This document shows, piece after piece, positions 50,999 to 63,500 of a stretch of DNA of 64,000 bases; position 1 is the first letter of the stretch, and every line of letters starts with the position of its first letter. Both the position numbers and the translations under genes were made by a program. The notes below the pieces were generated by a model. The model saw only the letters and a program-made list of their open reading frames with translations, was not told the DNA's origin and did not search any database. The stretch spans positions 4,278,001 to 4,342,000 of the forward strand of contig CM106585.1 of the NCBI GenBank assembly GCA_048013815.1, read 5' to 3'. This stretch comes from Setoptus koraiensis (lineage: Eukaryota; Animalia; Arthropoda).

Positions 50999-51139
50999 GC
51001 GCTCGTAGTGCGCGTGTTGCGCGAACGCGCAAGTGCGCGGGTGCACAGGGCAATATGTGTAATATGTTGAACTGCATCTTGACACAATCATCATCATAAT
51101 CATTCAATATCATTATCATCGCGGCGCAGTGTGCAGTCG

Positions 51140-51178
51140 CTGTTGTTGTGCCGTTGCTGTTGTTGTTGTTGTTGTTGT

Positions 51179-51225
<47 letters not shown>

Positions 51226-51250
51226 TTGTTGCTGTTGTTGTTGTTGTTGC

Positions 51251-51284
<34 letters not shown>

Positions 51285-51300
51285 GCTGTTGTGTTGTTGT
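51140..51300. repeat. (GTT/GCT)n microsatellite, ~50 triplets
   Basis: Direct inspection; source of poly-Leu/Val/Cys/Asn ORFs. Confidence 0.97.
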
Positions 51301-54300
51301 CCCGGCAACAGATTCCGTTCAACGGCCACCGTTGTGTCGCTGTTGGCGCTGCCAGCAGCGCGACACGCGCAACAGCGACACGAGCGACGCGAGCAACAGC
51401 GACACGAGCGACGCGAGCAACAGCGACACGAGCAACGCGAGCAGTTGGGCCCGCTAGAGCTAGCGAAGGCTAGCGAAAGCCCGAGAACTTCTCGGCGACC
51501 AAGCCAACTGCCAACTGGCCGTGTAGCCAGCCGAGACACAACAAATTTTTTGAGGGGCCCAAATTTAAGCAGTTAAGCAAGCGATAAGAATTCCTCTCAC
51601 GCTCGCTAATGGTTGAGAATGCGTTGTGTGCATCGTGTGTTGGGCCCACTGGCGCAAGAAGTCGCTCTTGTCGCGGGGAACAAGTCGCTTTGTTTTGTTC
51701 TTTGTCTTCTTGTTCTTGTTTCTTCATCATGCTCGAAGGGCGTCGTCATGGCGAGCGTCGTCGTCATCATGACAAAAAGAACAAGTGCCACAAGTTATCA
51801 TGCTCGCGCTCGTCGCGCCCCAATATCGATACATCTTGTCTTATCTCTATCAAGTTGCCGGGGCCCCAACTCGATCAATTGATTTCCACGTGCGACTCGT
51901 AACTCGCTCTCTCGCTCAACTTTCAACGCGGCCCGCTCTTTATTTCATATTTACTCTCTATGAGGCGCGCAGTCCGTGGCGCGCCACTGTGCAGTCTGGG
52001 CACAGTGACACTAGCAACGAGCCGCCAGCCGCCAGCAACGAGCCGCCAGCAACGAGCCCCCAGCAAGAGGCCCCAGAGCAGCCGCTTCCGCGTGCAAAGT
52101 TCACGTGCAGTTCGCGTGCAGTTTGCGTGCCGTTCGCGTGCAGTTCGCGTGCAGTTCGCGTGCAGTTCACGTGCAAATCGCGTGCAGTTCACGTGCAAAG
52201 TGTCGCAAAGGAAACCGTGCCGTCGCGGCGGCGGCGCTGCAGGCGCTGGCGCTGGCAAGTGAAGAGAGTTTATTCACTTAAATCATGAAATATTAAAGTC
52301 ATTTTGGGCAGCGCACTTGTCAGCGACAACGGCGACAACGGCGACAACGGCGACAACCGGCGACAACAGCAGTGACAACGATGATTTGATTGTTGTCGGC
52401 AGCTCAATCGAGGGCCAACTGGCGAGCCACTCACAAAGTTACTCTCGAGCCTAATCTCATTCCGACGCTCGTCATAACCGCTGCTCGCAACAGCGCCGAG
52501 GCGTCAACTTTCACTTGTGACACTCGACACACGACAACGCCGAGTCGCATAATTCAATAGCTTCAATGACAACAGCAGCAACAACAACAACAGCAACAAC
52601 AGCGGCAACAACAACAACAGCAGCAACAACAGCGGCAACAGCAGCGGCAGCTCCGTTAAACAACAGCCCTGGCGGCGTATTGGCCTGTCGTCGTTGATTG
52701 GCGCCGGCGCGCTGTCACGCATACGCAACGTGTTATGTAACTCGTGTTGCATTACACGACACTGTTGGCGCGTACGCAGTTATGTAACCCACAGATTGTA
52801 TGACAGATACTAACAGATGTTACAACAAACTCATTTTGATTTTAAAGCCGGCAAGCTAATTGCGCAATGTGTCATTCGCTGTGTCATTCGCTGTGTCATT
52901 CGCTGTGTCACATGGTAGTCATATGGCAGTTGACGGGCGACGTGTCCAGCCAGACTCTGGTGTGTATGCCAAACAATACGACACTACAATGGCCATTTGT
53001 CGCCGCGCTCTTCCGTTTCCTGCAGTTTGCTCGCGCCAGTTTGCATATACTGCATAATATATGTTGTATGTTGTTGGCGGCGATTTGGCGGCAGTTTGTT
53101 GGCAGTTTGCTGGCGGTTTGCCGGCGGTTGGCCGGCAGACGGCAGCAGCGTGGCGCAACGGGGGCGACAGCCAAAATAGAAGGCCAACAAGCCACACCAA
53201 ACTAAACTGAGGCGCTCTGGCGGTCAAGCCGGCACTCATGTTTTTACATGTTTGCCGCAAACAGTTTGCGGCTGCACTGCACTGACAGTCTGAGCAGACA
53301 AATGATGCAAATAATTGCGGCACCCCGACAAGGCCACCATTCGCCAAACAGTGCCAAAACCCCGTTTGCCCGCGCCCCCATAACCCCGTTGCAAGGGCGC
53401 TGCCGAGTGCTGCAGTTATTGCGGTGCCACGGGTGCAACGGGGGCCGCCCCGCACTTGATCAAACGTTGCGAGTGGGGCGAAATCGGACATTGCAAGTGG
53501 CGCCAAATCTAACAAGTGCCAGATTTGAAGCCGTGTGTCGGGCCCCAACAACGTTCGTTTGTTGTTGCGGGCGTTGTTTGTCGCTGCCGTTAGTGTATCA
53601 CTGACGAGCTCGATAATTAGAATGGAGTGTGACACTTATGCGCGCGCGCGCGCGCCCCCTACACCCCAATTCCTAGGGCGAGCGAGCTAATAGCGCTATT
53701 AGACGCGCCTAAGTAAAAGTGTCTCGCCAGCGAGCTCACGTTGGCTTCGCGTTGGCTAGATTGGCTAGATTCGCTAGATTCGCAGTGGCAGCGGCGGTTG
53801 CAGTTGGGGGCGATAATTGAATTGTCGCGCTGCATGCCGTCAATTGGCTTACACGCGACTGGCCTATTATACGTTATGTTATGTAAGCTTTTATAAGCTT
53901 TTATAACAATGGTTTATATGAATGGAGCGGGCGAGTTTTGGCGAGCTTGGCAACATTAAAAGGCACTTGCTGGCCGCACTTGGCGCCGGTGACAGCGAAC
54001 AAGAGCCGGCGCCAAGTGCTCGTGGCGTCTCGTTGCTCGTGCTCGTGTATATTTGACGCGCCGCGCGCGTGTGTGTGTTATACGCCATTAGACAGAACAG
54101 CGGCGCTCACAGGCAGACTTAATCAAGATTAATTTGCATAAAGTCGGCGCCGTTTTCGCCTTCTTTGTTGGCTTCTTTGCTCGTGCTCGCGCCGTGCTCG
54201 CGCCGTGCTCACGCCGTGCTAAAACCGTGCGACAACGTGCGACAACGTGCGACAACGTGCGCGACACGAGCCGCGCAAAAGCGCGCCATCTTGCGCACGT

Positions 54301-57300
54301 TGCCACGCAAAAGCGCGCCTTGTGTCACTTTGGGCCCGCCGGCTCATTGTTGCGCAATATTATCAGTGGCCCCATTGATAATGTGATATACTCGCGATAC
54401 ACTTGTGATATATATATATATATAATAATATAATAATATTATAGTATCACAATATTGCGCCTCGTTGACACCGGGCCACCGCACTGTCACTGCCACCGTG
54501 CGCGGCTCCACGGGCCGGAGCTAACAAGTGCGAGTGTGCGGCCATCGCCGGCTTGAGCGGGCCGCCAATCTCTGGCCAATCTCTGGCCAATCTCTGGCCA
54601 ATGCCGTCGGCCCGGCGAGCGCCACCACGAGCGGCCCGACGAGCCTACCAACGAACAAAGTCAACGACAATAAGTTGTCGATGAGCGGCCGCGTCAAGCC
54701 CGCTCGGCAAGCCGCACCGCGCAAAGAGACGCAATCAAACAAAACACGTCTTGACACATCTCATTATCTAATCACGTCCATTGTTCTTCTCGCTGGGCGC
54801 CCCTCGCTCGCCCCCTGCCTCTCGTGACTGCCCCCCTTAACGCTGCTGGGGCCCATGTGCCGGGGAGCGGTTAGCTGCGGCCTCGGTGGCCCCGCGGCCT
54901 GTCAGCATGACCATACATTACTGGTAGTTAGTTGCGCAACGACAGCGCCAATTGGCATTGTTATAAGTTGGCGCAGTTGTGACGCAAAAGTTGCATAAGT
55001 AGTTGGCTGGTGCGCTGTTGTGCACTGACAACAGTCGCTAAAGTCGCTAAAGTCGCTATAGTCGCCATAGTCGCGATGGTCGCTATGTGCCGCATGTTGC
55101 CTCAATCGATAGTGACAGCGCGCTGCGCGCACACGCCCAGCTCGGCACAGCCCGCCAAGCTAGCCAAGCTCGGCAAGCTCGCAGGTTGTTGCGCCGAGCT
55201 CGCATTTGCACATTTGTTACAAGTGCGTTAACCGGCAGCTTGCCGCTCGCCAGTTGCGACACACCGAGGTGCCTAGGTGACCTGGGCGCTGCACAACGCG
55301 CGAGCTGCTCATTTATCATTGATGAATTATCCAGTTGCGTTGCTTTGCGTTTTATGCGCGTGTTGTGCTGCCAACACGCGCATGTGTTTGTATAATGAGT
55401 TCGGGCATGTCTAGCGACAACGACGACAGCGGCGACAACGACGACAGCGGCGACGGCGGCAAGTCGCGACACAACGCCACGGCAAATATTGTCTCAATGG
55501 CCCCTGGGGCCCGCACTTGTCGCCGAGCCGCTGGCTGGCTGGTGTCACTCGTTGCTGGCTCGCGACAACTCGCGACGCAAGTGGCCACGGCGAGCACTTG
55601 GCGCAACACAAACACCGACGACGACGACAACAACAACAACAACAAGCTGACGTGGCCCCAACAATCGACTTGTCGACAAATGACAACGCACACACGCACT
55701 CAGCAATAACGGTAATAGCAATAATAATAATAATGACAATCATCATCGTAATAGTCACAGATAACAGCGGGAGTCGGTAATGGCCGGCGAGCGGGCCGCA
55801 CCGCCATGACGAGAGGGGCGAGCGGGCGGCAGGGGCGAAAACGGGAGCCTGCCTCTCAACTGGCCAGCCAGCACGAGCTAGCACGTGCTGGCACGCGCTT
55901 CGCGACAGGCTTCGCGACAGGCCGTGCAGGGCGGCCCATTTGAGGCTGTCCGGTTTAATAAGTTTAATAAGAGTGTCTCGCCAGAGATGCTCGCGCCGGC
56001 CGCCAGTGGGCAAATCAGGGGCGCTCGTGACAGCGCCACGGTGATCAAAGTTGTAACTTGTTGTAACCAATCGCTCGTTTGCTGGCCGCTTGTCTACACG
56101 TGCCCACTCGCAAGCGACTACCACTGCTGCTCACGTGCCACTAGTGCCCGACTCGGGCCGGTACTTGACTCCGCCGGCCAGTGCATTATCCGCTGCCGGC
56201 GAGCATCCGCCGTGAGCCCGAATTCAATGAACAATGCAGCGGATGAGCACCGGCACACAATGGAGCCACCAGAGACAATTACTCCAATGTTATTTGTCTC
56301 CAATGTTGCCCCAATGTGTGCCCGTTTCGCCCGATTTGCCCATTTTTCCCATTTTGCCCGTTTTACCTTGTAGCGTTTTACGTGGTTGCGCCACCGACGG
56401 TTAAAGACGAACTAGAGCGCGAGCCCAAATTTCTGCTATTTGGGTCCGTTTTGTTTTGGTCGCGGCCCCAGTCTCCAGTTATCACTGTGTGACACATTGT
56501 GCCACCAGCGACGGACAATGAACAAGCGCGAATGCCAACGGATAATGCGGCCGGATAATGCGCAAGCGAGAACGGGAGGCGCCCCTCGATTCGGGCCTCG
56601 ATCGGTTGGGGTCGCATTGGGGCGGCCGTCGGCGGACCGGTTGCGATTGAGCGGCGCGGGCCGCGCCACGAGCGCCAATGCAAATTGCGAATGCAAGCGA
56701 GCGGCTCAAGTGAAACGCAGTATGCAAATAATTCGTCATCATCCTTTCAAATAATCATCCTGGCGAAACATTTAAATCACTCGCTCGCTGCCAGCGCTGC
56801 CTGGCCGCTTGACCGGCCAGCGTCTGGCCAGTTGACGGGGCAGCGTTTGGCCGCTTGACCGGCCAGCGTTTGGCCAGTTGATCGGGCAGCGGGTCACTGG
56901 ACTGGAGCCAATTTTTGGAATTCATAAATCACAGCAGCCAGTTGTAATAACAACTGGAGCAGGGGGCCCGCTATATTATAATAACGGCGCTCACTTGCTG
57001 TTGTCACTGTTTTATCATTCGGCACTGCGAGCCGCTCGACGAAACAGTTTGTTTCGTCGAGCGGTAACTGTCGCTCGGCCAGCATGTCTAGACATACTGA
57101 CCAAAGTGTGTCTAGATATACTGACCGAGCGTCTAGCGACCAGCTCGACAGGCTGACAAAAGTGGCCCCCATTTGCGAGGCGCAGTTCGAATAACTGTCA
57201 GCGCAGCGAGTGCACACAGTTTTGGGGCCAAGTGGGGCCCAAATTGTGTCTGTCGCATCATTATCATATGTTGTTGTGCATGTCTCATGCTTCATTGGTC

Positions 57301-57407
57301 AATAGTTGAAAGTGACCGCCACAAGTGACCACCAAACTGTCCACCGGCTACTTTGGGGCCCGCCAAGCGAGCGGCTGGCCGGGCCAGTTTGGCCTCTTCT
57401 CTTGCTG

Positions 57408-57505
57408 GGGACTTGGGCCACTTGTCAGTCGGGACTTGGGCCACTTCTCGGTCGGGACTTGGGCCACTTCTGGCCTCTTCTCAGTCGGGACTTCTGGCCA
57501 CTTGT
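57408..57505. repeat. ~23-bp degenerate tandem repeat x4 (CTTGTCAGTCGGGACTTGGGCCA-like)
   Basis: Direct inspection. Confidence 0.85.
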
Positions 57506-60500
57506 CAGTCAGGGCTTCTGGCCAGCACGGCGACCGCGAGCGGCCACTCAAAGTTGCAACGTAACTCAAGACGCTCTCAAGAGGCTGTGTCAGCACGGCA
57601 TCAAAATTCAGCCGATGGGGCGCAAACAGATCGCAGCGCCGCCAGCAAGACAGGCCCGTGCAAACAATGGCCAATTTGAATTTAAATTCAAATTTGGTTT
57701 GTCATCATGCCGGCCAGCCGGCCGGCAGCGCATAACTTGTTATATAACTTGTTATATTATATACAACGGATATTTGCAAATGCGCATTCTTTTCTGGCTG
57801 GCAACTTTTTGCCATTTGTCGCGCTCAGTTGCCCTCGACACAACGGATAAAGGACAGCGGACAGCGGATAACGGCTAAAATGGGCTCAAGTGGCGATAGC
57901 AATCACAGTCACAAGTGGCCAACCAGAGCTAGCCCGACATTGCGCAAAACGATGCCCGCACAGGGGCCTCACTTGCAAGTCAGCCGCTCACCGGGCACGC
58001 AGCGGCGGCCGCACAGGCTGCGGGCAGTTTCAGCAACGGCCCGCTGAAAGTGCCGGCGGAGCGAAACGAGGCCAAACGATTGTCCAATCATAAATATCCG
58101 CATCGTGCATCGTTAGTTGTTTGTCGGATGGGCAATAGTGTGTGCATGGATTGGCATAATATCATTGGCCTATGCCTGCAATATTGGCCCAATATTGGCC
58201 CATCTAATATCAGAATATCTGTGCGCCAATATCTGTGCGCCCACAGCCAGACTGGCCGTCGACTGGGGCCCCGCTAGTGGGGCCCCGCCAGTAATGGGCC
58301 AGCGGGCCCTGATTGGGCTCAGGCCGACTGCTGGCCGGCAGCAATATGCCAATGTGCCAATATGCCAGTGATCTGTCCGCTGGCAAGTGGCCAGCGGTGT
58401 GCATCACAACACACGGACCCACGAGCCAAACGAGCGACTGTCTCTGCGAGGGGGGCCCCTTTTGACCTTTGGCCCGCGCGGTGGACCCGTCGATTGGGGC
58501 CGCCGATTTCACAGGCGCCCGCTCCGGAGCGGCCGATCGGCCGGGCGCGGAAGCCAGCGCGGCACGCCAACCGGCGGCGCACATTGGCGCCTCCAGCGCA
58601 CACAAATATTTAATGAAATGAAACAAAATCTTAAATTTATTTCTAGCCCTGGGGCCACTATTGGCCAGATTGACGTTTGGCAGCTCGTTGGTTCGGGCGA
58701 ATGCCGGGCTTCAGCACGCGCATGTTGCAACATATCGCAACATAGCGGAACCCGTCGCCCTCAAAATTGGCGCACAAATTCACGGCTCGTGTAGCGAAAA
58801 GTTGCACGAGCTGCCAGCTCGTGCAACTCGTCGCAACCAACCGAGCCAAGCGTGGCGCGCGCAACGGCCGGCTCGACCACGGACGTTGGAGTTGCACAAT
58901 GGGCCCGCGAAAACGCCCCCGAGACGGCGCTCGAGGAGCCGCTGGGAGGAGGCGAAAATGCGCTCGTAGCGCCCGAAACAATTCGCGGCAAGGCACTAAT
59001 TTACTAGTTTAAAACTGGCGAAAAAATCAAATTTCAGCCGGCCCCGAGCCCATTGTTGCGCCCCATTGTTGCTGTCCATTTGTCCGTCTTCTTTCTCGGC
59101 TTCTCTCGGCTTCTCTTGGCTTCTCTTGGCTCTCTGGCCCCCTCTTGGCTCCTTTGGCCTCGTCTCAGACAAGTTGTCTGGCCCCGTCCGGCGTCTTCTC
59201 GCGCTCGTTCGCTGGCCCCTTCGCCGGCCTCTTCGCTAGCCCATTCTCGGGCCGTCTGGCCCCTTCGCGGGCCGCCTGGCGCGTTGCGGCCGCATTGTTT
59301 GCGCGAGGCGTCGCCAGCTATTAACTCGGCGGCTGGCGGGCCAGAAATCAGCGCCGCCGCCGCCGCTTCAATTATACGCCTAGTGGCGCATCGTCATTAT
59401 CGTCATCATCGACGGACGGCCGCGAGCCGGCGACAATAAGACGGCAACAGCACGACAGCGGCACGACAACGGCACGACAACGAGACGACAACGAGACGAC
59501 AATAGAGTAAAACAAGTGAGACACAATCTCATCCTTATTGCCTATAGAGACAGAGATAGAGATGTTATATTATATCCCATTTCTAACAGTTATAACGGTT
59601 GTTGTTGTTGTTGTTGTTGGCGTTGCGTAATAGTCGCCAGTTGACAGTGTTGGGCGGCTCGCGTTGCCTAATGATGTCTCTAGTGGTTGTGGTGCAAATC
59701 TGCTAACATTTTATATGGAGCCGGTTGTGTCTCTCATTTGTCTTTCCATTTGGCGCCGCTAGTTTCGTGTGTCGCAGTCTCGCAGTCTCGTAGTCTCGCA
59801 GCGCCGGCCAAGCAGGCGAGCCGAACGACCAACGGGGGCCCCACACTGCCACACAAAAGTAACTGCGCGCGAGATGGGGCCCCGCTACCAGACACTCTAA
59901 CAGTGTGTGCGACACGGCAAATATAAGGCGGGGGGGGGGGCGAGACAGATATAAGGCACTAAAACAAAGTAAGTCTATTGGCTCGCTGAGTTTGCCCCTT
60001 CATTCGGTCCGATTATTCATCTAATCTTGGCCGCGCGCGCTCAAACAGCCGAAAGGGGCGCCGCGGCTCGTTTATGTTGCTCGTTTGAGTTGCTCCGGCA
60101 ACAACGGCAACAACAACGACAGCAACAACAGCAACGACAACAACTACGGCAACAACAACGACAGCAGCAACGGCAACGACAACGACAACAACCGTAGTAA
60201 TGGCAGCCGAGAACCGTTATTGCTATTATGTGTGTTGTTTCCTTCAAGTTTCTTGTTCTCTCTCTCTCTATGTCGCTGCCGTTGCGTGTCGCTATTGTGG
60301 GGCCCCGCTCCGGCGGATGAATGGGCAAGCTGCGCTGCCAGTGGCAACCAGCGTGCAACAACCGGCGCCGCTTCTAGCTGGCAACTGCTGGCAAAACTCG
60401 TTAGTTGTCATCATGTTGCAACAACACCCAAGAGCCAACGGCAGCGCCACTAAGCAATTGGCGACCACCTTGCTGCCGGCCAACGGGCACCCAAATGGGC

Positions 60501-63500
60501 AACCAAATGGTCTTATCACTGTCCACCGTTGGCCCCGTTATCCGTTCGCTCTCAGTTGTATGCCGGATAAGTTGTGCGTTCGGTTCCTCGTTCAAGCGAG
60601 CAACCAACAACGACACCCGTGGCACATTGTTTGCCACTGTCGTCCAGTTGATGTTGTCTTATTGTCACACTGCCACTGCATTGCTCATATATATCGTGTT
60701 GGTGCTATATGGCAGCTATATACGATATAGCTGGCATATGGCTTGGCTGTTGCGCAATCCGGCCGCCAGTCGAGGCCGCCAGTTGAGGCCGCCAGTTGAA
60801 ATGGCGCACAATGGAGCATAAGTCATTTGATATCATCATCATTGTCATGGCTGTCGGGGCCGTTTTGTTGGCCGCGCTGTCAGCGCATCGCAGCTCAATA
60901 GCTCAATAAGTCACCGCCGGACATGCCTAAATACTTGTCCGGCTGCCCGTGCTGTTAAATAAAAATTTGCTCGCTCGCCAACTTACATAACCATATAACT
61001 GTATATAGTTGAGTCTAAATCACTCCACTGACAGTAGCATCGAGCGTGCCCAAGTGGCGCCCCATTCAACACTGGCCAGTTCAGCGACGTGACATATTTT
61101 GTTTTGTTTTGTTTTATGTTTGTCATTCGCCGATGTTCGCATCAATCTGTTGTATTCAATTTGCTCGCTGCTGTCCAATTATCCAATTGCTTGCTCACTG
61201 TCAACTGTTAGTTACCTACTCTTAAGCCCGCAACTCACCCTTACGCACACTGTTACACAACCATATAATAACTGCACAACAATTACATAACTATATAACT
61301 ATAACTCATAGTATACTTATTATATAACAGTTATGTTATATAACTGTTATGTGACTGCACGAGGCAATTATTAAGCGATTGCGGCCGGTGCTGTCGGTTG
61401 TTGTGTTGCGTTCGCCAATCTGACAGTTGTCAGCTGACATTGGCACCCACAATCGGCTCGATCGATGTGTCGCTTGGTGTCAATTGCAAGTGACAGTCGC
61501 CCCCTATGACTCATACCATGATACCCGATAGGTACGTGTGTCAGTCTACCTGAGCCGGGCAATCGCAACACTTTACTCGTCAGTCTAACTGTTCATGGCC
61601 AACAATTCATATCCAACCGTTTATGGACAACTGTGCACAGTTAACTGTTCACATGTGGATAATTGTTTTGTTTTGTGATTATTTTTGTGATTACATTCAC
61701 AAATGTGTCAATATTATCATGTTGTTACGCAAGCATGACATCATATAATTGTCATCACTATTGACAGCTACCATTGACAGCTACGATTGACAGCTACTGT
61801 TGACAGCCACTGTTGACAGCGGAAGGGGTGATTTTTATTTTATTTTATGCTCGCACCATGGCGCAAGCTGCAGTGCGTTACGGCCTCATCATGTGGCGCC
61901 TCATCGACAATTGCTGGCCTCGGCAATTGTTGGCAAAATGTTGTCAAGTGTTGGCAATGGGCAAAAGATGGAGCTATGCGACAGCCGATTTTGCAGCATT
62001 TGCTCATTTGCCTCTCTATGCAGATGAGCGAGTTAATGCTAATGATGAGCCAAGCGATTCAAATCTTGGCTGCTTTGTTTGCACGAGACGGCAACATGAC
62101 GCAATCAAGTTATGTATTCATAAATGCATCGGTAATAATCCAATTAATGGGCCCATTATCATGTTACACGACTGTTTGTGCCTGTCGTTTCTGTTTAGGC
62201 TGGCCTAAACAGCCGGCCACGAGGCTCGAAAAAGTACTAAATATTTTATTCGTCACTTACAAGCAAGCTGCCCACTGGCCTCTGATGTAATCTATGTTGA
62301 ATCTATGAGATTAGTCACGAACTAGCCGAGCGGCCATTAAGTTGTTTGCGCTGTCGTTAGCTGTTTCATTTCACGAGCGCCGTTTAACGATCGTGTGTAT
62401 TCAAGGCGCGAACGGGGGGCCCCATTGAAAAGCGTTTATTTATTATGTTTATGTGAGCAGTGGGCGCTTTTATACACGTTTATACACTTTTATACACTGT
62501 TGTGTCGCTGACACTCACGCTGCTGATATGTTATACATTTTCAATTAAGCAACCGAAGCTGACCGATCCGATCCGATCACAGCGTCGGGCAAAAGAAATG
62601 TCCGGCGGTCAAGTGCGGATTTGCGCCGGACCGGATTTGTCGGTCGGTCGGTGGTGGCAAGACGGCGCGCGGGCAAGTGAGCGCGATGTTATCTCGATTT
62701 AGTCGTCTCGGACAACGGCACTTGCCGTATACAACGGGCCTTGTGTATAACAAGTGGCGTCGTTTGCCAAGTAGCGAAATGTCATTATCATCGGAGAGCG
62801 TGTTTGTTGCTTTTTAGTGGCTTAGTGATTACACAAACTGGCCACACTGGCGACGCTGGCGACACTGCCAAAACTCGTGCCAGTGCGTGGCCAGCTGACC
62901 AGGGTTACGTAAGGAGCTACGTGCAAAGATTATAAAGCTGGCCGCTGCTGGGACGAGCCGGCCGATTCGGCCGCACCCGAAATGGCCCAAATGGGCGCAT
63001 TGGCAAGGTTATTATTAATTGCAATTGCGGCGTTGCCGGGCGCCATTAATTGCGTAGCGGCGAGCATTTTATTACTGGCGGTCGTTTTATCATTTGCTCG
63101 TCCACGCGCCAAACAAACGTCGTTACGTAACCAACGTCGCTGCGTTCGTTATATATAATAATTAACATTGCGCCAGACAGAAAGTGAATAAATCACGGCA
63201 CTTGTCACAACGCATTTGTGATTCAATAATTCACACAATAATTAATACCGATGGCCGATCAATGTCGCTCTGAGGTGCGCCCGTCGGTGCACCTCGCACA
63301 CGGATCGGCCATTGGCCATCGCCGATCGCCGCTAGGCGCACCGACGGTTGATTGGTGGGCCGGGTGCTCCGCAGCGGGCCGCGCATTCCGCAGCCGCCCG
63401 CGTAGTCGGCAGCGAGCCGCATAATGTCGCATGTCGCGAACACGGGACCCGTGGCCCCCATATATCAACCAATTTGCACACATTAACTTGCCGAGTCGAT

